Positions 24,901 to 37,600 of a DNA stretch of 64,000 bases are shown here, piece by piece. Numbering within the stretch: the stretch's first letter is position 1; the number at the start of each line of letters is the position of its first letter. This stretch comes from Hydrolagus colliei (Eukaryota), in NCBI GenBank assembly GCA_035084275.1, contig CM068756.1, positions 14,446,001 to 14,510,000 on the forward strand. Reading direction: 5' to 3'. Both the position numbers and the translations under genes were made by a program. Under the pieces are notes generated by a model that saw only the letters and a program-made list of their open reading frames with translations, did not search any database and was not told the origin of the DNA.

Positions 24901-25767
24901 TAATCAATAATTTACCCATGACGGTTTCAAAATGCCGGAATGAACATTCTCTTTTAAGATTGTACTCACACTCACCATGTACAATTAAACGTGATCCAGT
25001 TCCATTTCCTAATCCTTTCCCCTGGCAGATCACTGCACAGTGATAGACTCCTGATTCTTGGGAAGTCACATTTAGGAGTTGGAATGATTTGAAACCAAAT
25101 ATTTTTCTGTTGTCGGGTCTTTTATGTAAGTATTTACTCTCTCCTCGCTTCCACCAGTGAAATGTTAGATCTGAACTGGGTTGGTTACCGGCAAACCTGC
25201 AGCTGAAGGTAACGTTATCACCTTGGAGTGCTGTCCGGTCTGAAGGATATTGAATCACTTTCATCGATGCATCACCAGCACCTGTGAGAAAATCATTTAA
25301 ATCTATCGTTGATAATTATACATTGAAGAAAGGTGACAAATTAACAATAGGAAAGGAGGGAAAGAAGATGGAATAAAGCAGGTTTTCACTCAGCGGTTTG
25401 TTCGAATCTGGAATGTATTGCCTGAAAACGTGGTGGAGGCCGATTCGATAACTGCATTTAAAAGAGAATTAGATCTTTATTTAGGGAGAACAGGTTTGCT
25501 GGGTTATGGGGAGAGAGCGGGGCAGTGGGATTGAGTTGCTCTTTTCAAAGAGCCGGCACAGACTAGATGGGCTGAATGGCCTCCTTTTGTGCCGTAAAAT
25601 TCTATGATTCTATGAAAGAGAAGGAGAAAGTTTACGCAATCATTGAAAATATTTTGAAACTCTTCATCAATATTGATTTTCTAATTAAAATGCGCTGCAG
25701 TAAAACACGTACCTGTGAAAATAATCTCCATTAGAGCAAGATAGTGGAACAAATCATTGGCCGCCAT
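21943..25767 (-). CDS. Putative activating V-C1-TM(Arg) IgSF receptor A2; exons 25713-25767, 24976-25281, 23500-23811, 21943-22054; C-terminus probably ends ..PLER* or in an unidentified short exon
   Basis: GCCATGG start, leader MAANDLFHYLALMEIIFT; V ..FSCRF..HWWK..ESGVYHCAVICQGKGLGNGTGSRLIV; C1 ..LVCETAAFYPEDIMLTWSKDG..VYSCSVSH; TM DNPGVPFMVIIRFILCFVVVLALTIIIVD. All junctions are GT/AG and in phase. Confidence 0.85.
23500..23811 (-). CDS. A2 C1-set exon
   Basis: ORF 23417-23758; 312 nt, phase 1/1. Confidence 0.9.
24976..25281 (-). CDS. A2 V-set exon
   Basis: ORF 24839-25264; 306 nt, phase 1/1. Confidence 0.9.
25383..25616 (+). mobile_element. CR1 3'-end fragment in the A2 leader-V intron
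   Basis: Nearly identical to 38225-38455; attctatg tail. Confidence 0.9.
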
Positions 25768-25860
25768 GGCGATCAGTTGTTCAGACTCGCCCTGAACCTC
25801 TTGCTGGTGTAACACAGGTTTGCTGGTTGTCTAATTTAACATTATTCACAGTGTCATGTG

Positions 25861-25879
25861 ACTTCCTGTGTCCGTGGTT
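25861..25879 (-). promoter_or_regulatory. A2 proximal promoter ETS site with RUNX-like site
   Basis: acttcctgt at 25861-25869 and cgtggtt at 25873-25879, about 95 bp upstream of the ATG. Confidence 0.4.
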
Positions 25880-26569
25880 CAGAGATGAGTTACATGTGAT
25901 TTGCAAAGAACAATATAGTTTTTAATTGCAACTGTAATCAAACCTCAAATTGGCAGCAAAGAGGAGAGTTAAATAAATCCATATTATCCTGTTTTAGTTT
26001 TCCGCGTTTTTGCATCAATTCTACCTTATCATAAGAACTTAATGACATCAGAAGTGGTAGCCAAAAAACAGACCAAGCTCCATTTGGTTCACCTTTCACC
26101 TTTATAGTGGTCACATGCACATACGTCACAAAATATTTATGCAGTATATCCCACAATGATCTTCCTAAAAGAAAACTTTCCAACCTGTTTTTGAAAGAAT
26201 CAATACTTCACGCTTCAACTGTCTTTCTAGGGAACCTGTTCCACAGCTTCAATGTTTGCTCTGTGAAACTGTTTGTATAGATTTATTCTGAATTTACAAA
26301 CCCCCACTTCAATTGCAAGCCTTGGCTCTGGTTTTATTATGTTGGACAAGTTGAAACAACCTGTCGAGTTCTATGTCATGGTGACCTGTAGTTCACTCGT
26401 TAGAGCACTTGGGTTGCAAATAAGAGACCTGGGTTCAATGGCCAGCATGGTGACATCTTGGGCAAATTTTCTTTGCCACACGGCTGATAATAATCTCTAA
26501 AAAAAAAATTGTCATTTCAATCCAGGACTGTTCACGTGGACAAATTGGTTTGGTGGATGAATATTATAA

Positions 26570-27200
26570 ACTGAAATGAATGCAAATGATTGAAAACAAC
26601 AGTTATCGTTAAAATCAATGGATGGACAGTCTATTAGTGATGTTGTAGAAATATAGTTATATATTACGTGAATGCATTTCCCCTGAGAATCTGTGCTCAA
26701 TTTCAAATGTACCAGAGAGAATGACTCTTCTGACCCGAGCCGTGTAGAGTTGGCCACCATTGTGATCAAACTGATTCCATTGGACATCTACAGCAACAAA
26801 ACAATTACACTTGTGTAGTGCCTTTTACATCAGGAGGATATCCCACGGTGTTGATCTACTATCATATCGAAAAGTCTATAAAATTTTTCATAAACTATTT
26901 TGATTTTAAGAGCAGCGATTGTTATTATAAAGGAGAAGAAACAGGAGATTTTCTCCAACAAGGTATGAGACAATGGAATGGATTGATGAATGAATAGTAT
27001 TTTATTCGTACACATGTATCAGTCAAAAAGTCCAATTACTGATTTCAAACTTAATTGCAGGTGGCGCGCGCAGGACTATTGCACTTTAGGCAGGTTACCA
27101 AATCACAAAACAACTTGAAGAATAGATAGGTAGAATGTAATAATAATATAAGAACATAGCCAGATTTCAGATATTCTTTGTTCCAAAGATTACAACAACA
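26570..27200. other. Orphan remnant of a type-A C1-TM intron (no exons)
   Basis: Alignable to 870-1430, 22180-22650 and 50260-50800. Confidence 0.7.
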
Positions 27201-28443
27201 ACAACTTTGATTGATATAGCGCCCTCCACGCCGAACGGTGTCTCAGAGTGCTTAGATATATATTTATAGTTGATTGTTCTATCTATATATAGCCCGACCT
27301 CAGCTCGTGTCTGAAATACGGACTGTTCAGCACTTAGGGTCGTCGTCCCAACATGTGAGGTACCATAGAAATGTAATTTTGTTGTTGCTATTTTCGTTAT
27401 ATGCGGAGTTTCCAGCGAAAAACATTTAGCTTACGACAGTAAATCGTTGTACAAGTGTAATTTTGTTGTTGTTTTTGGTTTGGCGCAAACTAATGTAGAT
27501 ACAATTTTGAGTAACATAGTGTTTCACAATAAAAGACAATATGACAAGTATACATTCTATCATAAAATCCTGTGTTGAATTTAGAAACTCTGTAGTTAGG
27601 AATGGAGGGTGTCCAGAGGCTAATGCCTGATTGCAGATAGGAATATACAACCACGTTGTATACAGAAATGCAAAATACTGCAGGTGTTGGATATCTGAAA
27701 CAAAAACAGAAATCGCTGGGGACACTCAGCTGATCAGGGAGCATCTATGGGGAAAGGAAAGTAAGTCAACATTTTAGGTTCATGACTCTTCCACACAACT
27801 GTCTGTGCATCGATCAGTTTGTCTCATATATTTACTGTAGTCTTGTAGCACTGATTAAAGCACTCGCCTTCAAAGCAAGAAACCTGTGTTCAATTCATGG
27901 CAGAGCAAAACACAGCAAATTTCCTTGCTCCACATGCCTGAACCTGGGACCATCTACCTGACGTGAATGGCAATCTCTATCAATGTAATTTTGTTGTTGT
28001 TGTTGAAAATAATTTCTCTACCCCCAAAAAATATATTGGTCACTACAATCGATGACTGTTTATGGGACACTACTGTATGCAATTAGCAGCTTCATTTCAG
28101 GTAATGCAGACAATGCACACACTGGAGATTGAACAGAATATAGCATTATGATCAGGAATGATGATTTGCCTTATTTGGAGTCCTACAGCTCAGTGGTTAG
28201 AGCACTCGGCTTATAAGCACGAAACCAAGCTCTGATTTCAGGCAGTGGGAAAATGTGAACAAGTTTTCTTACTACACATGTCTGATAATAATCCCTTTTT
28301 TTTTTGATAATTTGAATCCATGACTGTTTGCAGGACACACTGCTGTTCACAATCAGCTGCTGCATTTTGCTTATACATCTAAAGTCAATTCCCTTCAGAA
28401 TATATTCAGTGAAGCACTTTGAGATAGCTAGAAGACATGAAAG

Positions 28444-29300
28444 CAACAACAACAACATAATTACGCTTGTATAGCGCCTTTCCTGTCAGGAAGAAGTCCA
28501 AACGTGCTGGGCAGTTTTTGTTTCAGACACAAGCTGGGGTCAGGAATGGAGATGATGTAGGGAAAGGGAGATACTTGGGGTGACTGATGGGACCAATCAA
28601 ACCTATCTTGAGAAAGTACTTAAAGGAGGCGATGGATTGGGCCAGGTGGAGGGACTGCAGGATGACGTTTCAGAGGTTGGCTGGGGGGGGTGGGCAGAGT
28701 TGCTGAAGGTTCATCTGCCAATGGTGGTGTGGGTGGGTCGGAGGCCGTGGAGAATGCTGGAGGTTGCTGAGCAGGGACCGGGCAGGTTGGTAAGGGGTTA
28801 AGATGTCACACAATTAGGGTGAGGCGAGGCCATGGAGGGCTTAGGATGGACGACCAAGTTCTTGAATTGGATTCTCTGGGTGATGGGGAGCTAAGTTGGG
28901 TGAGGATGGGGAAGGTGAGGTAATCAAGCTTGGAGCAGTAGAGGACAGCGGCCACAAAGTTTTCGATTACTTGCAACCTATGGAGGGAGGAATTATAAAG
29001 GCTAACAAGCAGGGCATTGGCATAGTCAAACCAGGATGTGATGAAGGCACGAATGAGAGATTCAGCAGCCTGGGGGTGAGGTAGTGGCGGAGTCATGCAA
29101 TATTATGGTGGTGAGGGATCATGGCTTGGATGTGGGGAGGAAAGATAATTGAGAATCGAATAAGGTACCTAGGTTCCTGACTGGCTTGGTGAGGTTGAGT
29201 GTGGAACCATGGAGGTTGATGATGCTAGTGCCTAATCATGAAGGCACTGGTGCTAGCCAATCAGCAGGGCCTCGGTCTTGTTGACATTCAACTGTAGAAA
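28444..29300 (-). mobile_element. L2 3' fragment, inverted relative to the neighbouring L2
   Basis: ORF 28806-29096 RAFITSWFDYANALL; (aac)n tail at 28444. Confidence 0.8.
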
Positions 29301-30545
29301 GTTAGCTCTCATCCAGGACTTGATATACGCCAGGCAGCCTCATGCTCCTGCCTCTCATCGCACACCACCACCATTGCATCCCCCTCACCCTCCCTGTCAT
29401 CAGCTCCTATCACGACTCCCTTCCTACATTCCTTCTCCTCCGTCTCTCCTTCGTTCCTCTCATGCACTGTCACCCCAATGAAGCCCACCACCTGCTGCCT
29501 CGAGCCCCTTCCTACCAACTTACTGGCCGTCCAGCTCCCCCTCCCCTGCCCACTGCTGCCTGACATCATCAACCAGTCCCTCTCCACAGGATTAGTCCAT
29601 GCCCGCCTCAAAACTGCCGCCTTCACCCTACTCCTCAAAAAATCTTCCCTTGATCCCTCAAACCCTAGCCACTATCACCCTATTTCAAACCTGCCCTACC
29701 TTGCCAAAGCACTTGAATGCATTGTTGCCAACAAACTCCACACCCATCTCTCTTCCCACTCCCTTTTTGAACCCAGCCAATCCGGTTTACGCCCTGTCCT
29801 CAGTACAGAAACTGCACTTGTAAAAATCACAAACAACATCCTCTCTATCTGTAACCAGGGCTCCCTCTGCCTCCTTATCCTCATGGACCTGTCCGCTGGG
29901 TTCGACACAGTCAACCACACCATCCTCCTCCACCACCTGTCCTCCATCATCCATCTCAGTGGGACCGCACTCGCCTGGTTCGAGTCCCACCTGACAAACC
30001 GCCAGCAGTACATCTCAATAAACGGCTTCTCCTTCTGCTCTCATCCAGTTACCTGCAGGGTACCCCAGGGATCCATCCTTGGCCCCCTCCTCTTCCTTAT
30101 CTATATATTCCCTCTTGGGGACGTCATCCGCAGACATGGGGTACACTTCCAAATACCTCAAAGTGAGGTATTTCTCCACCTCACTTTGTGATTGCCCCAG
30201 TCCCCTGATGTTCTATCAGCCTGCCTGTCAGACATGAGGAGCTGAATGAGCACAAACTTCCTGCAGCTGAATATTGACAAGATGGAGGCCATACGGTTTG
30301 TCTCTCGTCAATGTCTTCAATCGCACGGCTCTCATCTCCTCCACCTTCCCGGTCTGCCCCTAAAACTCTCTGAACCTGTGCGCAACCTAGGAGTCAGGTT
30401 CGACCCCCAACTGCCTTCCTCCCCCATATCTGGTCCATCACCAGCACTGCTTTTTGCCACCTCCGACGGATCCCCCATCTCCGGCAATATCTCTGAGATG
30501 CCGTCTGGTGTGGAGGGCACTATATAAATCAAAATTGTTGTTGTT
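29300..30545 (+). mobile_element. L2-clade LINE fragment (RT)
   Basis: ORF 29478-30191: YHPISNLPYLAKALE, DLSAGFDTVNH, VPQGSILGPLLF; 3' tail gcactatataaat..(gtt)n. Confidence 0.9.
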
Positions 30546-30750
30546 GTTGATATTTTTGTTGATGTCTGACAAGCAGTCTGTCAGGGCAGTAGTGGTCCTG
30601 AAATCGAGGGTACGGGCAGAAAGATAGATTTGGGTGTCCTCCACATATATGTGGAAGTTCACTCCATGTTTACGGATGATATAACTAAGGGGGAATCATG
30701 CAGATTTTGCCCCCCTTAAAAAGGACACAGCCCTGCGGGATACCACAGGT
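30545..30750 (-). mobile_element. L2 RT fragment
   Basis: FHIYVEDTQIYLS (YADD-equivalent motif). Confidence 0.7.
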
Positions 30751-33700
30751 GAAAGTGCTCTAAAGCGTTGTGTCAAATTGAAGGATTATTATAATATTCA
30801 TCTTAATATTTGGATTAATAGCAACTTTATTTTCATTGTTGTAGTCATTGTTGGCTTAAAAGTCAGAATATTAATGGTATTCTTTCACCTATTGGAGACT
30901 CCATTGCAAATGTTCTGGAAACTCCAGTCATATAATGGAAGTTTCTTGGTTGGTCGAACAAGTTTGATTTATACATTGTGATAAATACCAGTTACTGATA
31001 TCAACTGAACTCCTGATTCTACTTGGGATATCCTTCCGACGTGAAAGGCGCTCAAAAAATGTAACTTTGTTGTTCTTGTTTCTGACTCAATTGGTACAAT
31101 TATGGCAATATATTCAGTGGATCAGTTGGGACCAATAACTACAATAGGGAAGCCAGTCTCTTGGGTAGAACAGATTCTTGATCGTAAAATTAGGAGACAA
31201 TATAAATATAGAAATATATAAATGTGGTCAAAACTTAGCAGTCAATTGCACACAGCAGTTTCCCCACAAACAATCATGGATTAAGTGAGCAATTATATAT
31301 ATCTATAGAAAGTTAAGTCTGAACCTTTTAGTCTAGTTATTTTCCTATGTGCCTGTCACAGAGTAACTATATATTACAGATACATTGCACTAATGTATTG
31401 TTAGAGCCATACAAAGGTATAATGTCTTTTATTTTAATGAAACAAACACCGAAATCGCTGGGAACACTCAACAAGTCAGGAGAAAGGAAAAGTGAGTCAT
31501 AATTTTGGTTCCGTGACACTTACTCAGAACTGGGTCATGTATGGAGGGAGAGGCATTTAAGCACTAACAGAGAGGGAGAGGTAGGGTAAACAAGACAAAG
31601 AAGAAATTGGGGTAGAGTGTAGTTAGATTAGAATATCAGCTATGATTTGATTCAATTGTGGGGCAGGTTCAAGGGGCCAAATGGCCTACGCCTGCTGCTA
31701 ATTCCTATTTTCACATGTTCCCATGAGATGATGGTTTAAATACGTGTTAATGTTGTGAAATCAAATTGGGGGATTGCACCAAAACTGTAGAGAGGATGTA
31801 TTAATAACATTAAAGGAAGAGGCGGCGAAATTGCAAAACAACAGGCAGACCAGATGGTCACAGAAGAGTGGGAGGGGCAAGCTGAACTGTTGTGGCCAGT
31901 GATGGAATTTTTTTTAATGACTGTTAGTATGCCGCTTGCAGCATCAAACAGGACAAAATGTTGGTCCACTTCCTCCATCGCTGGTACAAATGTGAAAGAC
32001 AAAGTGAGTGACGTGGGTGCCTGTCACACAGCAACTACATGAAGGTGCCTCGGGGATCCATATGAATCCTTCTCATTGTGTGTTTTCATGCAATGATTAT
32101 TTGTTCTGCTTTAATCGCAGTGAATCTTTTTCCTCAGCTGAGGTCCTTTATTCTCCTAGCTGAGGAGATAGTCTATTAGTTAGTGTCAGTGTATAACCAC
32201 ATAGCGATAATCCACTGAGCATTAAAATCAAAGAGACATATGCTGTTTCATTAATTGATGCCATCTTTTGACCACTGGATGTGCTTGTTTTTCTTGTCAA
32301 ATACTTCTGGTGCTGTTGCTCGTCCTGTGATTTGGAAATTGGCTTTCACCTGCCTTTAGATTTGGAGGATTCAATCTCCCCTTGGATTTTACTGAAGACA
32401 GTTCACAGTGGGAGAGGGATTTATCGAAAGCTGTATCAACAAGCGTCATCCTACTAATCAATGGGTACAATTAGGGGCCGACAATTATTATAATAATAAC
32501 AATAAAATAATCCTTGCATTTGATAGAGCGCTTTTCACGTCTTCTATATCATAGAATCATAGAATTTTACGGCACAAAAGGAGGCCATTTGGCCCATCTA
32601 GTCTGTGCCGGCGATGTCGCAAAGCCCTTCACAGAATATACTGTAAAGTGAATTGACTATATATTTGTGGGTGAAACACGGCAGGCAATTGTGACCAGTG
32701 GTATCCCACAAACAGTCGTGGATTGAAATGACCAATTATATATATTTTTGAGGGATTATTATTAGGCATGCGAAGTAAGGAAACTTGGCCAAGGTTTCTT
32801 CCTGAATTTCCTGGATTCGAACACAGGTCTCGCGTTTGTATGGTGAGCATTCCTACTAACAAGCTACAGGACTCCACTGGTACTAAAATATTAAACTGGA
32901 ATGAACAATGACGGACAACGATCAATGTACATTTAACTATCAACCGAGGAACGAAGCACTGAAATACTATTATCCTCAGATGCCAGGGGTTTAACAGCCC
33001 CATCAGTGGCAGCATGATTGAGGATATACAAAGATTTACAAAGGGGACATTGGATGGTGGAGAGTATTCACCATTTGTACCATTGAATTTGAGTCCCTGG
33101 ATATCAATCTTGAGACGTTGTATGAAACATACTCAACACATCAATTTGATAACATTTTAGGCAACTGTCCAGAGTGCACGTCCATCTAAACAACATTATG
33201 TTGATCCTGGTTAAGTCTTCAAGAAATTCAAGTTAATTTAATCCAGTAAAAAAATACATAAGCAAGTCGACTAAAACCTTTTAAGAAAAAAACAAACTTT
33301 GATTTGCTTCTATCAAATGGAACGTTGCATCATAACTTATAGAAACAGATGAAAAAAATGGAATAAGGCACATGGGCTTTTACAGACAAAGGGGTCTGTG
33401 GTATGAGTTTGCATCTGTTCAGTATATGTATATATAGATATCTATATTTACATAACAGATGTACACATGTACGTGCGAAATTGCTACACCAATTAACCCA
33501 CGCAACATCAGTTGACGTGTTGCAAAAACTGCCTGTGAATGGAGCCAATCATGTTCTATCTTTAACCCAGCACAGCAGAGACATGGGTAGAAAATAAATG
33601 TTGCTTCATTTTAGCTACTTTTACACATACTTGCAGAACGCCCACACAATAACGTTTCATTGTGATAGATGAATTCCATTGCATTGTCTTAGATAGTTGT

Positions 33701-34314
33701 GAAGGTAAATTATATCATTTTAGTTCTAATTTGATATTCTGTAAGTTATTGTCATCAGATGAAGTAACATAATTTAAGTGAAGCAAAGCATTACCCTCAC
33801 TGCACACACTGAACTGCTGAACATTTACTTCCAGCTAGATGTAATGCACATCTGGTATTCAACACTTCAGATTCAGCTTTGAGGAAGCTAGCCTGAACTC
33901 AGGATAATTAACGTTTATATCTAACAGATTAAGAATTGCTTTTACAATTGATGACATGCCATACATCCACAATATTGTGAGCAAAATACCATATATTTGT
34001 TGTAGAAATTGTTTACAGAGTCAATAGAGTCAAGATTGCCGGAGTCATCTAAAGAGACTGCTTCTTGGCCAATCATTGAATTGATGTCTAACCTTTAAAA
34101 TGTTTGGATTTCCCAGAAAGAGAGCGAAGCTTTACTAAACATTAAAGCATCATCATAATCTATGTCTGAAGCCCAGTAGTAAGTACTTGGCTAAGATATA
34201 TATGAAACAAAGTATAAGCATTCCATAGTATGCTTCTTGATTTATTTTATCCGATTCTATGGAAAATATAGATTGACTAAATCAAACCCAACACATTGCG
34301 TTCCATAACTGCTG

Positions 34315-34320
34315 TTTATT
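34315..34320 (-). terminator. Candidate AATAAA polyadenylation signal of B2
   Basis: Paralogous position to 6527-6532. Confidence 0.45.
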
Positions 34321-34663
34321 GAATGTTGACTAAACCGCTTCACAGTGTTACAAACTATTATGAACTGGTTCTAGTTTGTATTGGTATAATTTGTTCTAGT
34401 GATATAATAGGTTAATTGCTTTTCTAAATAATTATAGTTTGTAGCACAGAGACATTATCAGATTAGTATTAAACAATTCAGAAAATGAAACTGGATCGAC
34501 TTGATAAATGATAAGTTATGCAAATGGAATCAAGATTTGTGTCTTTCTGCACTGTCAAACCGGTGATACAATAACACACCAGCATTGATATACACACTGT
34601 CACTAGTCTTCATCAGAAGCAATCTGTGACTGATATACAGTAGTAATTGTCTATTATGTGACA

Positions 34664-37600
34664 TTATGCGGTTTCTGCCTCCATGGCAGTGACAGCTTTG
34701 TAGTTTCCGATATTTACCTCCGCATACTCTGAATTCTTGTCGTGGCGTTTAGCTTTTCCTGTTTTTTTGGAGCGAGGTAAATCCAGATCAGCGTAGGTCA
34801 GCTTGTCAGCTGCTGTTCCTTGCTTGGTCTGAAAACAACAATGTTTGGGATTGTCTTTTTGTTACTTACACAGCCAGGTGTACATAGAATGGAACTGGAA
34901 ACTGACCAGCCTGTGTTTATACTTCACATGAGCTCCTTCCTTAACTATTTCATTCTGTAACTCTCTAATCGCTTCTCTTCATGTATGCAACAATTTTATG
35001 TTACATTATTCCAAACCCTTCATCCAATTGATTAATACATTTCAAACTGCGATGTCTAGCTGCAGATACATGGGCTGTAGATCCCAACAATGAGCTGACA
35101 GTGGCTTCCATGGGTTGGTGAAAATCAATGAATGCTGAAGTTCCTGATTGCTCCAAGGGAAATTGACATTTGAAGATGTCTGAATGAGTTGTGATCCTCG
35201 TTATATTATTTTCTGAATTGTTGATTCATATACAAAGATACAATCTTAGAATTTTACAGGCCAGAGGGCCAGTTTGCCCATCGTACACGGGCTGTCAATT
35301 TGAAAGAATAATAGATATCGAGTCCCATTTACCTGCTTTCACCCAATGCTCCTTAAAGTTGATCCATTTTACATATCCCCATGATTTTTACATAAATAAA
35401 TTATATTGGTTAAATGCTTGAAGCCTGCAAAGTTTCCACAATTGAATTCAACATCAAAACGTGGTAGTATGTTCGGGAGTGGAAGGGGAGGCTGGGAACA
35501 AAATCGGAGACAAACTATCACAGTCAATGAATCCGATTGAACAAACTCGTTCAATATTTTCTACGTGGTCTTTACCTGGGCGTATACTGTCCTCTCTTCT
35601 TGATGTTTAGGTCTTGGAGTTTTATTGGAACTTCTCAAATTCAATGTTACATAAGCCACGTTGTCACCCGCTGCTCTCTCCCCCATCTATAAACAAAGTA
35701 TAGAGTAAAATGATTGTTCAGTTTACTTCCTCGATTTGTGCTCTTTAAACATGGTATTGAATAAGTAGGGATTTGAGGCGAAACAGTGGCTACTGTCAAT
35801 TTCAAACATACAAAAGTTAAATACATATAATGTTCATTGAGTAGATCGATTGCTCTCTGGAGGTAGTGAAATTTAGGTTTCTAATTGAGGTTTTGCTTAC
35901 CCAATCTTCAAGATTGCCCAATGGAGTCACGTTTTCTTTTGATCCTAAATATGAATACAATTTAGTTAATGAACTATTTACTAAATTTCAATGTTAACAC
36001 TAAAATAATGTAATTGTTCTATATTTTGGGATGGAATGTACAATCTCCATGTCACTCAGACATTTTGAAATTCTTAACATTCTGAATTCTTTCCCTTCAA
36101 AATTTTAACTCTAAATCTGGGCTACACCTGAACACTATTCCTTGAATTTTTTCATTTTTCTCTTGGGAAACTTGGTTGTTTCCTGCACTCTGGGCCTTGG
36201 TCTTTTGGCTACGACTAATAAAAACACGTTTTGGATATCACAATTTGAATGTAATTGAATTATACTACTTCAAAACACACACCTGGTGCTTGTCCCTGCA
36301 TGCGTTTGTCGCCATTCATCACTACAGCTACTTACAAATGCATATAATTCATCGTAGCTTAAGACGGTTGCAATGTATTAAGTCAGATTTAAGACATTGT
36401 GAGTTCAAAAATTAGAAATTCTGTGATACTAAAGTCCACCATCTGAAATTGTTACAGTAATAAATCTGTTGCAATAATTACACGTAATTGTTATTGCATA
36501 ACCACAGCATCACGGAACTCCACCTTCAAATGTTAAGTCACGAGCAACTCACATTTTCTCTTTAATAACCATTGGTGCATTCTTAGGTTTTATATCAACA
36601 TGTAATTTTCACAATTAATTACAATGAAATCGGAATTTTCTTACCGTTTTTCATTTTCATTTGGCATCGCTTCCCAATTATGATCAAAAGCACCAGAAAT
36701 GCGAACACACCCGCAGCACATCCACCCCATAGTGAATAAAGGGTTATATTTCCACTCCCTGGAGAAATAGTACACACTAAGGTGAGACTGCACATTGTGT
36801 AGGGGAAAGATTTATAGTTTCAATAGACAAGAAAAGTTATGCAGATCATTTATGAATTATATATCGTAATGATTTCATGTAAATTTTAAGACAGTAACCA
36901 GATTAACGATGATGACTAATCTTAATCTGTGTAATTATTAAGCAAGAATTAAGATTACTAGTAGACCTTCACTGAAAACAGTTTGATATTTATGTGGCAT
37001 AACACAGGTACAACTAATAACATCGGCATTCACTTATTTTTATTATTTCTGTTGATATTATGACATAGACGAGAGCGACACATAGAATATCAAAGCGGAA
37101 CATTGTTTATCAGAGGAACCCTCACAAATACAATATAGAAATTGTACAGTGAGATATCTGTACATAGTGGCGTCTGATTGCAGTGATGAAAGTTGGACAC
37201 TTGGTATTAATATTTGATGAAGAATTGTCTTGAAATGTCCCGAGGTTTTGAAAATGATGTGGGTTTTGGGTGCCACCATTTATCGGTTAGTTTTAAGAAA
37301 ATGCTTGAAGATTCAAATGGAAAAATGTAGTTAATCACCATCATGCACAACTCCCTTCTCATCATTTCAACAAATTTGCTTCCTATGAACCATGGCATCG
37401 CTTCCTATCCCTTCAGTCTCATGGGAGAGCAAGTCACATTCCATCCCTCAAGTCACAGTGCCGAACATTGGCTGTCCCTCAGGGCTCTATCCTCTACCTC
37501 TCCTCTTCACTATCTATATGCTCCCACATGGCAACATCATCCATAGACACGTAATGTGCATCCACATGTATAAAGATGTAGAGAAATGAAACCCAACTCT

